From Eukaryota sp. TZLM1-RC (taxonomy: Eukaryota > Protista > Metamonada: BaSk clade), in the NCBI GenBank assembly GCA_040285825.1, contig JAUPSS010000003.1, forward strand, positions 2,914,001 through 2,978,000: DNA of 64,000 bases. Direction: 5' to 3'. Made by a program: the position numbers and the translations under genes. The notes under the pieces were generated by a model. It was not told the DNA's origin. It made no database searches and worked only from the letters and a program-made list of their open reading frames with translations. Shown one piece after another: positions 1 through 12,599 of this stretch. Positions within the stretch are counted from its first letter, which is position 1. Every line of letters starts with the position of its first letter.

Positions 1-915
1 TGCCGATAATGCCAACGGTAAAGGTTCTAAAAAGGCCCGACCGTTCATATTCCGATTGGCCAAATGCGGTTCCAAAGTTGAATACGAGAAACTGTTGCGT
101 GAAATGACGTTAGTGAGTCCAGCTGCTGCAAACTACATCCGTAATACGGCTGAACCACACCATTGGGTTGAATATCAATTTCCAGGGAACAGATGTGGTC
201 ATGTTACCAGCAACATAGTTGAATGTGTAAATGCGTGCATTGCAGAAGCTCGTCAGCTTCCAATTGTACATATGTTAGAATCGATTAGGTCAATGTTGGC
301 GAGATGGTTTATTACGAGAAGAACAGAAGCACGAAACTTATCATCAACTATTGTCTGCAGAGCAAATGATATTCTGGAACAGAGACTGTTACAATCTCGA
401 GATTTAAAAGCTGTGGAATTGGACCAAGCTAAATTTGAAGTGAGGGAGAACGGCACTGTATTTACTGTCAATGTGGATTCCAACGAATGCTCATGTGGAG
501 CTTTGGAAAAGAAGGGATTCCGTGTGTGCATTTACTCGTACTTCTTTCAGCAAAAGGAAGTAGAGGTGTTGAATTATGTTCTGAACTTCATTCAACACAG
601 AGATTTCTCAAAACTTACAGTGGAAGAATACTCTCAGTGGACGACATAAAACTTCATTCGGTTGTGAAGCAGACGCTAGAAGACAAGATCGAATCAGATA
701 TACAAACTCAACCTCCAATTCCTACACCGCGAGCAGGAAGACCAGGAGTCGTTAGGAAGAGGAGAAGTAATGAACCAAGAGGACCCAACAGCCGTAGCGA
801 GAAGTTTACTGATGCAGTTGAACCAGCGCCCAAACAACGACGCAAGTACACATGTAAAGTATGTGGTGTCGAAGGACATAACGCAAGAGGATGTCCCAAC
901 AAAGATAAAGAATAG
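1..915 (+). mobile_element. MULE/MuDR-type transposase, C-terminal part, one frameshift near 505
   Basis: ORF 56..649 has the MULE motif 'TSNIVECVNA..ARQLPI..MLESIR'. The SWIM finger is split across frames (ECSCG / KEGIPCVH). ORF 487..915 ends in the zinc knuckle CKVCGVEGHNARGC. Confidence 0.85.
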
Positions 916-2723
916 CTAATAAACAAGATTGTGTGGATATTGATGTTTTTGGAGTTTCTGTGTGGATTGTGAAGTCTTTTGATGAAAGTGTGTGGATTTT
1001 GCTCCATTTTGAAGAAAAATGTGGAAAATGAATTTATCCCTATCATTTAAAAAGCTTTTTAGTTCCTTCAACACATTCACAGTGTATCGTCTTCGTAATG
1101 ATGTTCCCAAAACGCTTTCATTCCAACATTCTCTGGTTCAACATCCCCTTTAAACACCCACAAACTTATCTTCAGTTATCATTGTTACTTCTTATATCCC
1201 TGCTAACGAGGTTAGGCCTCATCCATTAAACCCAGTTTGTTCCAAGTGTGCAATCAAACTGTGGAGGAAGAGTATGATGTATCAACCTTTTGCAAACGTC
1301 TGACCTTCAAATCACATAAGAAGACAAAATATTTTGCCTCTTCCACACTCACCCGGATATGCTCAAGAGCCGCAGAAGTTGACGAATCATCCTTGCGCAA
1401 AGTAGCAGATGTTGAAACGATTGATCATTTACCACGATAGATATTTCTGAATAATGTTTAAAAATATATTAATAGTGGAAACAGAATGTTTTTATTGGGG
1501 ACTCTACATAGTATAACATCATGAATCAAATACAATGTGCAGTATGAATAAAATAAAGAAACTTAAAAATGGTAACGTTGAAGTCTGATTCAATGTTATG
1601 TAACAGAAAGCTGAGATTGGGTTCATTTCGAATAAACCCAGAAAATTGTACATCTTCGCAATGGGTTTGGCAAGAGAAAACTAATCTCTGATGTACTGGG
1701 TCAAAAATCGTTGCTCGCGTGGTCTCTGAGTTAGAACTAATGATTAAGTGCATTATTCCAAACTTATTTCAAGAATTTTCATCCTTGATGAGATCGTCTA
1801 TATCTAATAGGAATTGTTGACTGGTGAAGTTCTGCAGTAAAAGAGGATTTGATAATTATGAAAGGGGTAACAGTTGATTTATCGAGAAGTGTGGTTCAAT
1901 TGAATGGAAATGGCTGCTAATTGATGACCAGCAATTTGATGACCTTACGGGATTCAACATATGATTAGCCGAGCATCTTAGTACAGAAATAAGACATGTT
2001 TCCTTCTGCTGGCGGAGATCTAAAATCATGCCATTAGCATTCCACAAGGCTAAATTTTCATAAATCAATGGCCTCATATTCCGGAATCAGCGCGAATTTT
2101 CTATTGCAGAAGATCAGATCTACAATTCAATTCATTGTACTGATGTGAATCTGAAAAAAGTATTTAAAATTTGTCCTCATCCATTCTTTGGTATCAATGA
2201 TGTTGATGAGAAAAAGAAATTAAGTAAGATGACAATTAGAGCTAATGGTACCGGGATTTAGTTACCTTTTCTGAGTTTAAAGAAAGGGCACCAAGGACTA
2301 GAAGCACCAAACCAGATATGAGCAAAAATTCGTCTGCCAAAAAGATCACTAAAAGTGTTAAACTTAAGGCTGCTGCAAGGAAGAAGAAACTTAGAAGGTC
2401 CGCAGAACCACCTTGCCTCGACACAGTTCTGTTCACAACATTTTAGCTCAATAGTTTTAGATGAATAAATGTTGTTGTTATTTCGTTTTTACATTTTACT
2501 TCATCCTCCACACTGCCTCTCACAACTATTCAAATGAAACAAATAAATAATAAAAGAATTTGAATGAAAAAGTTGCTGTATTGGGTAGAAATGGTGAAAA
2601 CACAATTTTGAGCAAAAATAAAAGCAGGCACAACATCAACAAAACTAGAATGAACTCTTTGAAAATACTGACTATAGCAATCGCTGCCTATCTCTACCAC
2701 TATGTGAGAGTTTACTCATCACG

Positions 2724-4160
2724 TCAACATGACGTCATTGAAGAATCAGAGTTCAAATAGGTTTCAACAGGGGAACAAGGGTCTTCTTGGTTGTCGGAAA
2801 TCTCATCAAGGTCAATTTCAAGTTCAACTTCACTATTTTCTGAATCATGTTTCTCTTCTTTTTCTCGTTTTTTCGGAAGTTTGTCAGCAGTGAAAAGATA
2901 CATAAGGCAGGCGAGGATCAACAAAAAAGTGGTGAAGACCCAAGGTAATTTTGGTTGAATATCAAACAATATCGTCATAAAAATTGGCGTAGTTCTACCC
3001 AAAGCACTGATTGACATCAATATGCCCATAATTTTTCCCTTATTGCTATTGTCTGCCCAAAATGAACATAACGCTGAAGAACATGACATAATTGCTGCTT
3101 TTGTCATTGAGAGTGGGATAAATAGAATAAACATGATAAAAACATTGAATGAAAAAAACTCTAGTAATGAAATGATAATAGCTATTAAACAAGAAACAAA
3201 GGTTGCAAAAGCTGCAGCCTTTGCTTCAGAATTAAACAATGCTACAAACTTCTTGATGAGCTTCCACTGAAAGATAACGATGGTGAGCCCACTAAATGCC
3301 ATCATAAAAGAGTAATGAAGTGTGGATCCATTCAGTACGTATAGTAATGTTAAAGGAACTATACTTTGCATATTAGAGATCATGATCCAATTGAAAAAAG
3401 TAGCCAGGAGAACAATCTTGAAAGCTCCCCAGTCTCTTTCGATTTCCTCAGAATCAGCTTGACTTTCTTCATCATTCTGAGCCCCTATTTTGGGAGGATT
3501 CTCAAACCAACCAATCGCAATAACTAATGCAAGGAACACAAAGCAAGCCCCTACCAAAGCTGCCGTTCTAAAGTCAAAGTAATGGTAAACAAAGCCTCCA
3601 ATTACGGGGCCTAAGCTCAAAGCAACTCCCTGTGAAGCACCAGCAAGCCCCATGTAAGATGACCTCTCTGCAGGCAAAGTTACATCGGCCAAGTAAGCCT
3701 GGCAGACAGATGTAAGAGAGGCAAATACCCCAGATAAGGCACGTACCATTGTTAAGTGAAGAACAGTTGTTGCAAATCCTGTCAGGATTAAGCACACGTT
3801 GAGTCCAATCAAGGAAAGAATTATTACAACACGACGACCTTTTTTGTCCGAAATCTTTCCTAAAATAGGGCTAAATATAAACTGAGTAACGGCCAATATT
3901 CCTAAAACTAGTCCGACATGGAAGGCACTATCGCTAAATTCACCAATATATGATGGGAAAAGAGGATTTACAATAGAAAAACCAAGAAAGGCTACAAATA
4001 GAGAAAGTAGAGTAATGAACATCCCCTTCTTCCGTATTTTTAGAAGCTCTGGGGACAGTTGTGGAGAGGAAGGACTGACATTGGCATAAACTTCACCAGT
4101 GGGGAGACATGTAGAGTCTGATCGACGACGGTCAAAGCTTGCGAGCTCACGGCTGTTCAT
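2724..4160 (-). CDS. MFS transporter, TetA/DHA1 (MFSD10-like)
   Basis: 478 aa, about 12 hydrophobic segments, motif A 'GKISDKKGRR' and 'QAYLADVT..ERS.YMG'. Confidence 0.9.
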   Translation of the reverse strand: MNSRELASFDRRRSDSTCLPTGEVYANVSPSSPQLSPELLKIRKKGMFITLLSLFVAFLGFSIVNPLFPSYIGEFSDSAFHVGLVLGILAVTQFIFSPILGKISDKKGRRVVIILSLIGLNVCLILTGFATTVLHLTMVRALSGVFASLTSVCQAYLADVTLPAERSSYMGLAGASQGVALSLGPVIGGFVYHYFDFRTAALVGACFVFLALVIAIGWFENPPKIGAQNDEESQADSEEIERDWGAFKIVLLATFFNWIMISNMQSIVPLTLLYVLNGSTLHYSFMMAFSGLTIVIFQWKLIKKFVALFNSEAKAAAFATFVSCLIAIIISLLEFFSFNVFIMFILFIPLSMTKAAIMSCSSALCSFWADNSNKGKIMGILMSISALGRTTPIFMTILFDIQPKLPWVFTTFLLILACLMYLFTADKLPKKREKEEKHDSENSEVELEIDLDEISDNQEDPCSPVETYLNSDSSMTSC

Positions 4161-4219
4161 GAACAGTGTTTATGGTAGAGAATGCAGGTTGACTGAGTGA
4201 AACTCAGACATTTTGATAA

Positions 4220-4519
4220 ATGCCTCTCCTATTAATCGAGTGTTGTCCAGAGTTCAAGGGGGTTTGTCAAGACCTCATTGCTCAACTACGAAGTCGATTT
4301 CCTGGTCGGATCTCTGTAAAATACAATGTTGATTATCTGGAAGATGATATTGATCCTCGCCCTTCTACCTTTGCTGTTATTTGGGAATTAACTAACGAAC
4401 TACTCTACCATTCTAATGAACGATGTGCATCATTTACAGAGATGGAAAATATTTTGAAACCTCTCATTGAGCCTCCAGAAAATCCCCTAAAACCAATGGC
4501 AGGAGGAGGGTGAGTTTAG
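4220..4519 (+). CDS. Small Rdx/SelW-like protein, predicted selenoprotein with penultimate Sec (...PMAGGG-U-V*)
   Basis: TGA at 4511-4513 is followed by GTT TAG and then a SECIS-like hairpin. 'LRSRFPGRISV...FAVIWE..ELLYHS' resembles the SelW/Rdx fold. A paralogue lies at 61492..61782. Confidence 0.75.
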
Positions 4520-4530
4520 GATGTTCCAAT

Positions 4531-4618
4531 GTAGGAAATGTGAACTCTGCTTTATGTGAAGTTGGGGTAGAAAACCTAAACGGCCTTCCCTGATTGATAA
4601 GCGTTCTCCATTTCCTAT
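4531..4618 (+). promoter_or_regulatory. SECIS element (GUGA core)
   Basis: Long helix I (TAGGAAATG..GAAC..GCTT / AAGC GTTC..CATTTCCTA), GTGA 4556-4559, AAAA 4571-4574, TGAT 4591-4594. Helix II is imperfect. Confidence 0.7.
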
Positions 4619-4663
4619 CTCCAAAGCATAAATTATGTAAATGTATAGTTTTATTCAATTGCT

Positions 4664-4972
4664 TTAGAAAACACCAGCACCTAATTGACGAATAATGTTG
4701 CCACTGTCACCAATCCAATTGTCAGTTTCGTCATCTTGTACTCTGAGGACGGGGACTGTATAGACACCACTTTGCTTATACAAGTAAACACGAAGTTCAT
4801 CAGATCTGCTCTGGGGAACATTGACGATATCATAATCAACGCCTTGTTCATCCAATGCAGTTCGCACTTTCGCACAAAAAGGACAAAATGGGAATTGGTA
4901 CAAGGTAATCTGCTTTGCAGAACAAGCTACAAACACTGAAAGAATTGAGACAATGAAGAGGAGAGAACGCAT
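4664..4972 (-). CDS. Glutaredoxin/GST-N-like protein with N-terminal signal peptide
   Basis: CPFC active site, TVP cis-Pro motif, IGDS motif and a hydrophobic leader MRSLLFIVSILSVFVACSA. Confidence 0.85.
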   Translation of the reverse strand: MRSLLFIVSILSVFVACSAKQITLYQFPFCPFCAKVRTALDEQGVDYDIVNVPQSRSDELRVYLYKQSGVYTVPVLRVQDDETDNWIGDSGNIIRQLGAGVF

Positions 4973-5211
4973 TTGTATTGGGCAAATTGTGGTTTTTTCT
5001 TAAATTCATAAAAGTTTCTATGGTTTTCATTTGAAATGTATACTTTCTTCAAGCATCATTCAAACTTATTCCAAGAACATTCATCCTTGGTGAGATCGTT
5101 CGCAAACGTTCTGGAATCCTCGAACAATTGGCCATCAATCTCAGTGAGAATCCCAGTATTGTTCTCCTCCAGAACAATAAACTGATTGGTTCCATAAGTT
5201 CCATTTCGACA

Positions 5212-5282
5212 GCGTTAGTAGTACAGTGGTAGTATGCCTGCCTTCCAAGCAGATGACCCGGGTTCGATTCCCGGCTGACGCA
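5212..5282 (+). tRNA. tRNA-Gly (anticodon TCC)
   Basis: Acceptor stem GCGTTAG/CTGACGC, D arm GTACAGTGGTAGTAT, anticodon loop CT-TCC-AA, T arm CCGGG-TTCGATT-CCCGG. Confidence 0.95.
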
Positions 5283-5399
5283 GATTCTCAATCATTTACA
5301 GTTTTTTGCTTATTTTTATGATAGATACATTTGAAAGTCGTAATTCAGCAGTAAATAATTGACTTAGTACATACCTCATAAAAATATAAAATTCATTTA

Positions 5400-6480
5400 A
5401 TTCAAGTTAATTAATAGTAAAACGAATAGCAATTCATTTGATATAAAACTCCGTAAGTTATTGAAAATGGAGTTAATGTAACAAAAAAGAGCTTTCAATA
5501 ACGAAAATTCAATCCTGTTCATCCAAATACAGAATTTAATATACGACCATTTTCTTTGAGAAGTTTTCCTAAATCAGCTGAACAGTTGAGACTTGTTTGC
5601 TAATGGAACCAAAAATTGAAATATCAATGGTGACAAATTTGATGTTGTTGCCTCTTGCTTCATTGAATCGTTATAAGAAGTGTTTCGAATTTTGATTTTT
5701 TGGAAAGCTCTCCAATTTTGAGATAGTGTTGAGTGTCAGAATTGGAACTCTTTTTCGGCGGAGATACGGTGGTACAATCGATAATTAGTTCAGTTCCATC
5801 ATATCAAGCACAATTAATATCACCTCGCTTTTGGCTCAAACCGAAATTTAATTGATCAAATACAGAAACGAACAGGAAGATGATCACAATTTAGCAGATG
5901 ATAGATACGATCACCAACAGCATTGTTGATGATCTGTGGGGGTTAGACATGCTATAGTGATGTAAAATGATATATTACGAATGCAAAAGGGTTACCTTCG
6001 ACTTAAGCACAAGAGCGCAATTCTAATAAACTGGTATAGACCATAAATTAATAAACTATATCACTATGATGAACTATATAAAGCTAACCAAGGCCAACAG
6101 TTGTTGATTATTGATCTTTTTTGAGTGAATTTACTGTAGGAAATAATGTGACCAAGGCAGCATAAGCACCACATTTACATTTGATATTTGACAAGCATTG
6201 AGGAGAAGATAGATTAAGTCTAGGTCGCATGACTATCAAAAATTGATGACCTGAAATCAGCAGTCCAAAAAGGCGAGAAACTTGTGTTATCAAAAAGGGC
6301 TATTTTGAAAAAATTCACACCGCACAAAGAAGACAAAAATAATTTCAAAGAAAAATAAACGGAGTTATTAGCCATGCTAACTTGGTTGTTCAGTGATTGT
6401 GCTTCTAAATAATTGATAATGTTCTTCTGTAGTTTGGAAACAGTTCTTGAAATGTTTCGTAAATCTTTGGTTTCAATCAA
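5400..6480 (-). mobile_element. Degraded RLE-type non-LTR retrotransposon, 3' part
   Basis: The minus strand at about 5830-5760 reads KRGDINCA*YDGTELIIDCTTVS (restriction-like endonuclease motif). CKC zinc-knuckle start near 6180. Limits are approximate. Confidence 0.6.
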
Positions 6481-6693
6481 GGTAAAGTCAAGTTTCTCAA
6501 GGTTGTTTTGTTTTGGGAAAGGGATTATTTAGATGTTGATTTATAAGTTGTTTAATAAATAACTTTTTATAAAAAAAGAGCTGGCAATGAAATTCCACAT
6601 TTTCCTTTTTGGGGAGGAAATGTGAATGTTAATGACAAATAAAAGTGGACATAGAATCCACCTAAAGAATTCCGAACTCTGCTACATTGTTTA

Positions 6694-7212
6694 ATGCCAC
6701 ACCTTTTACCTTGTGACTTCACCTTTTACTTTTCGAAGCGTACCAACCAGTCAGACAACTATGGGGAGCTTCTTAAGCAACTTACTACGGTTGACACAGT
6801 TGAAATGTTTCATGAAGTCTATCAGTACTTGAAGCGACCCTCTGACTTCACTATGGAATCCAATCTCTTCTTGTTCCGTTGCGCTAAAGACCGTCCTATA
6901 AAACCTGAGTGGGAAGATGAATACAATTCTGCGGGGGGACGGCTCATCTTTAGAGTAGGTAAGAACTATGGAGACTATTTATGGGAAACTTTGCTTTTTG
7001 AAACAGTCTCTGGTAATATCTTCGCCTATGCACCCAATGTTACTGGAATAGCCATCAGTTGTAGAACCCATGAAATTGTGCTGAGTATATGGTGCGCGAC
7101 TTCCGAGGATACCTATATAGATGCATTAAAAACTAACCTTCGTCAAGTTTTATCGTTACCAGAGGAGACATCTTTTAGGTATCAAAAGCATAATGTTAGC
7201 AAGCGGTTTTAG
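6694..7212 (+). CDS. Eukaryotic translation initiation factor 4E family
   Basis: 'TVEMF', 'LFLFR..IKPEWEDEYNSAGG', 'LWETLL', 'LSIW' and 'YQKH' eIF4E motifs. Confidence 0.92.
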   Translation: MPHLLPCDFTFYFSKRTNQSDNYGELLKQLTTVDTVEMFHEVYQYLKRPSDFTMESNLFLFRCAKDRPIKPEWEDEYNSAGGRLIFRVGKNYGDYLWETLLFETVSGNIFAYAPNVTGIAISCRTHEIVLSIWCATSEDTYIDALKTNLRQVLSLPEETSFRYQKHNVSKRF

Positions 7213-9810
7213 CCAATTTTAAAATAAAACTTTTTATTTTTTGTTTAGTAAGTTTTTACATTAATCATTCTCTCTTAATTTAACCGTTTTTTTCCTTCAC
7301 AAACGGGAGCCTTTAAGTGATGAAATCAGGATTTTCGTGATTGATTGAGCAAACAGATGAAGATTTTTCTTCCAGACGACACAGAAATTCAATAATCATT
7401 ACAAACAAAGAGGATCCCTTTTTACAACCAGAAATCTCCTTCACATCAATGCTTTCCTATCACACACTTGGCTTTAGCAGAAGTGTTTTAGAAATACCAA
7501 CTATCTGGTATCTGAGCAAATGAATTCTCACTAATTGGCACTTGGCAAAGTCGACTTCAAAACCATTTCCATTTTAAAACCAATTTTCGACATGGTTATC
7601 AGAGTGTCAGAAGCTGTGTTTTAGAAAACGTTGCATACTTGTTGCAGTAATTGAAGACATATATAAAGAAACTATTTCGCCTATAGGTATAGGACATCAA
7701 ATTTTGGAGTTTATTGAGTTTCAAGACTAACCAAATTAAAAATATGGACCCAGAATAGAAAAATGAACAGAAACAATGCTGTGAATAATTGAGTTGCGCA
7801 ATTGATGAATCATCAGGTTTAACAGAAATCAGTTTAGCTAACACAACTCATGAATAATCAGTATTTCACCAAACACAGCTTTTCAAATTAAAATGTCTCA
7901 AATGACAATATTGTTTGTCAAATGTTGTGACCACCCATAAAGTGGCTTTGATAAGTTATTTGGAAGACAACACTGGTACCTCATGATTGGGAAAGTAATC
8001 CACGAAATACGACTTGAGCAATAAATATGTCATTCGTTCAATTTTGTCAACATTGACCACCATTTTTTGAATCACTGTCTGAACATTTTGGTCAGGAATT
8101 AAATTTCTGATACCACCTTGATAATTTTCATTGAAGTCAACTTTAATAATTTTTTGGGTATCAGTTTTCAAAAAATAGTTAATAGTCTCGAAATTTAAAA
8201 GAGCATCTTTGAAACAATAATTAAGCAATGCATCGTTTCTGGAAGACCAGGCATTTACAATGGCTTCCAACAGTTGTAATTTCCAGGCTGAACTGGGTCT
8301 TTTCTTGCACTTTTCTCGCTCAATCAGTTCATGCTTACCGATTTTTTTCAGCAAACAGAAAGCAACATCAGATAGACTATTTCCAGCACCACATAAATAG
8401 AAATTGTTGTATTACTTATGAGTATCAAAAATTTTGAAATTTTCCACAGCTTCACCAAATGGATTCAAAATATCATTTGATGGTTTAGATACAATTTCTT
8501 TTTTGAATAAATCTTTGTCATAAATAGTAGCGACTTTTCAACGAGGGCAAATCAAACTGTTTGATGTTATGTCCAACCAAATAGTCTGGTTGTTAAATAT
8601 TCAGGCAATTATCAAAATTATAGATCATTGAAAGTTCATTGGCAAATCAAGGAACAAAAGTATCTGAACAATCATCAAATGCGGAAAAATACAGATTATA
8701 ATCAGTGGAAGCCACAAAAATATGTTTCTGTTTGTTAATTGATTGCCAAACATTTGAGTCAAACTCCGCAATGACCACGGAGATAAGTGTGATAGCATCT
8801 CTTTTAACAGAAATGTCAGGTGGCCTTGAGAAAATCTTTGTCTTTTGATTCTCTATCTCCTCAGTGCAACCTAATTGTGTTAATTCTTGTTCTAGACAAT
8901 CAATTTTGGCATCATTTGCTGATCTAAAATTAAGCTGTTTTACCTTTGGTAATATCAGTAGTTGATTTAAGTTTAGATGACACAAACGTTTATTAATAAT
9001 GAAGGAATAAATGATATTGAAAACTAATAATCGGTTCAGCAAAAAATGCAAAGTTTGCGGTTTTTTACAAAGATTATTACGAACTCTAATAGGTAATTTT
9101 ATCAAAATATGATAACAAAATATACATAAAATTAAGAATTAAAGATATCAGTTAATTGAATGAATTGGTATCACCAATAAACTGAATTTAATTTTGGTTT
9201 TATCAATCCTGCATTGATTTATAGTACAGGGTATTAGACTATCTTTACGAAGGTGCACAATTCAAAAGAAAGGTAGTATCTCCACCACTGATGAATATCA
9301 AAGAGTTACCGTCAAAAGAAGAGATTCCCTTAAATTACCAAAGAACTTCACTTGTTAAATACCAATTAATGTGGCAACATGTGAAAAAAAATCTTCAGAT
9401 GCTCGTCAGAAAAAAATGTTTCTGTTACAAAAATATTGACAAGACGAATTTGAAAAAAAGAAGAATCCAAATTCACAATTCAAAACTGCTTTTTTAAAAA
9501 TTGTACAAACAATCAAAAAGAAATAAAAATTGATTAAATAAAAATAAAATGGTAACATGATTATTTACAGATATTTATAAGGATCTTTGGAAAGCTTCAG
9601 TGTCTCTTGAAGATTTTTCTCAATTAGAAAACATTAGATTTTTTTTTCTCAATAAAAATTCCAGTTAACAAAAAATATTAGAAAACAACGATAAATTGGC
9701 ATCCACACCTGAACCATTGGTATTTGGTTTCGGTGATGGTATTGTTTTCCAAAATTGTATCTAATTCAATTTCCAAAAATTGATTAGTCAAACCTACGTT
9801 ATCATAACTG

Positions 9811-10796
9811 ATGTCTCCTATAATAGAACTCAACGTTGGAGGCATCTTTTTTGTCACATCTAAGGACACTCTCTGCCAGAGCCCCTACTTTGGGAAACAA
9901 ATAAGTTTAAAGGACAGCTTTTCTGAACCCCTTTTTCTAGATCGTGATCCAACCTATTTCCGCTACGTACTCAATTATCTCAGAGATGGTGACGTACCAC
10001 TACCAGGAGACGTCAAACGCCTTCACAACATCAAAAACGAGAGTAAGTTTTTAGAACTTCCCAACTTCACTGCTTCAATCCAGGAAAAGATTGACTCACT
10101 CGAACAGCCTCAAGTTTATCGTTACAGAGTTATTCAACTGGATGGGCTTTCTTCAGCTCATATACAAGGAACTCTCAACTCTTTAGCAGAAGATGGTTTT
10201 GTCTACGATCCCAATGGGACCTTTTCTACTTCCAAGGTTTGATTTACCTTTCAGTCTCACTTCAGGAAGCATGTCTTTTATTCAGATCAATCACTTCTAT
10301 ACCCAAACTCAAACCAGAACCTGTCCAGCAAGCAAGGAAAGTTCCTCACGGGGCTCCTTCTCAAGCCAAATCTTCATCAATTAAAACCACTCGAACCAAA
10401 CCATCACAGCATGAACCGCAAGTAACAACTCCTGAAAGGACAGCGTCCAAGGTTGATGCAATTTTACCTATTAAAGGCCAATCACGAGATCCAAGCGTCA
10501 CAACAGAGGTTTTGCTTGATAATAATGTCAAATCAAAGACGGATATATTCACTAGTGGAACTGTTTCTTATAATAGAAATGATAAGTCCAAGTGGAATCT
10601 CATTAAGAAGTATATCATTAATGCTACTCACCAACGAATCAAACTAGAGGGTGGTTGGATGACTCCAAGTACTGTCTACCTACCCACTCGGTATCAGCAG
10701 CCTTTGGTTCAATTGCCAACCAAGGAAAAGGACAAGGAAGGGAGGAGGAACAGGGCAGGTAAAGATGTAAGGAAGGCAAGGGCTCAATGTGTATAG
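9811..10796 (+). CDS. BTB/POZ (KCTD-type) domain protein; intron 10237..10265
   Basis: 'IELNVGG.FF.TS..TL' and 'FLDRDPTYFRYVLNYLRDG'. A 29-nt GT..AG intron joins ORFs 9811 and 10239 in frame (STSK|EACLLFR). Confidence 0.8.
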
Positions 10797-11629
10797 ATTT
10801 GTTTATTTTGTAGATTATAAAAATTTGAATATGTCGAGATTATTATTTATGCAATAAGTTGATGATTTAACTAACTAATTAGTTTTTCAGCGATCAGTAT
10901 CACCACGGTTCTGCGTGCAGTTGTTGATATCTGACTTGGTATTTTCTGTAAGCTATCCTGAGGAAAACCAAAGATATTCTAAATTACTTCTAAACTATTG
11001 TGATTAAATGTTTACCAATAAATATCTGACTCTAGAATAGGCAATAAAATGTTCAAAATGTAAAGCGAGAATAAACTGCTGGATAGATTTATCAGAAAAA
11101 ATATTGTTTACTTCTACAAAAGAACATTCATTCTCTTCTTATAATACACCACAGCTTGTTTCTTTCAATAGCTCTTTCCCATATTCTTACTGAAGAACAG
11201 ATTCTATCAAATCTTTGTTTTTGTGACCATGAAGAGAAGTCATCAAACACAAATTTTCTTGTTGAACATAATTGTGAAAATGTCAATTTACATCATCATT
11301 GTTCATAAAAAATAAAAAAAATAAAAAAAATAAAAAAATAAAAATAAAAATATAAAAATATATATAAAAAAATGAATTATAAAGCTCATTTTAAAAAGCT
11401 AAATGAAATGTACAATCCTCGTATAATATCTGACTTCAGCATTTTGAACTAACTGTGACATTTCACATATTATCAAATCGTCATAGAATGAGAAATGTTG
11501 AAGTGTGAAATCTGTGCTAGTGGAAGGATTCAATACTTCAATTTCATATTGAATAGAATTCAATCAGTCACAGTTCAATTCTCCCATGTCTGATGTATTT
11601 GTGGTTGATAGTTACAATAGTTACGCAAA

Positions 11630-12560
11630 TTTTAATAAGTCACTTACAACAGTGTCTGGAATATAGCTTGGCCAAAACTGAAAATCCCGCTTTCGAAAAC
11701 TTTTTAAAAGACATTCGTAATATTTGCACTGTTGCTTTAGTTACCCAAATTCCCTCTGTTTATGGACTTCTTTTGAACAATAATAAATAGCTTTTAAACA
11801 TGCGTTTTCGTTGTTTTCAATGGCCAAACAATTTACCTTTCATTTAACATGTAAATGTTGTAAACCCCTTTAGTTTACTGATTTTCTCAACTGTTTGCAT
11901 TTTATTACATTTTTGTATTTTAATTTTGAATTTATTACTTTCAAAAAACTAAACACAAAAACTAAAATTCTAAATCTTCATATCCCAATTCAGGCAACAA
12001 AAATTGACCGGAAGTTTTTCATATAAACGATCAAGAGATAATAAAGCAGAAGCCAATAACGATACAACACCTTTGAAAATTGAAAATACAATTCTGCTAC
12101 CAAAACGTTTTGTCAAAAAATTCTTCCTGTACGTTGCTTTACAATTTGAACAATATCATCCAAAAACGATAAAGCAAGTGGTTCAAGCGTACAATGTAAG
12201 GAAAAAGCAAATGGACAAAATCTCACACTCCTTATGTGTGTTCAGCATTCAAGGAAACCAACTTTGCTTTATATTTATCAATCTTAGAATTTTCGGCAAC
12301 AGAGATCGTATTATTGTGTTTTGATTCAGCTGATGGTATGAAAGAATTATTACACACATCAAATGATCTCACATCAGTAATGATAATGGTCCCTTCAAGA
12401 CCTTCAAGCATTAAATCAAGTCTGTTACGACCAAAAGAATTCAAGGTGTCCTCATCAACCAAACGAGAAAGTAATGGTTCCAAATAGGAGACAATATGGT
12501 GAAACTTAGACATACAATAGACCTGATCTCTAACTGCATCATGGACCTTTGATCGAAAAG
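11630..12560 (-). mobile_element. RLE non-LTR retrotransposon relic
   Basis: 'EPLLSRLVDE...GRNRLDL...IITDVRS', similar to the relic at 50668..51350. Limits are approximate. Confidence 0.65.
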
Positions 12561-12599
12561 TTTATTACATTTTGATGTAAATTAAATAATAATGTCGGG

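Noticed and set aside
2610-2726. The MFS gene ends ...SC-TGA-CGT-GAT-GAG-TAA (possible CU motif) with AGGCA/TGCCT-flanked GA..GA downstream
   Set aside because: The core would be GCGA, the AA is about 20 nt away instead of 11-13, and helix II pairs poorly. Treated as a normal stop, but worth including in a SECIS scan.
7500-9500. Fragmented minus-strand ORFs (7956..8354, 8647..9105)
   Set aside because: Probably a decayed gene or element, but there is no recognisable motif to support a call.
11300-11375. (AAAAAAT)n tract
   Set aside because: Low-complexity sequence or decayed retroelement tail; not a CRISPR or other spaced array.
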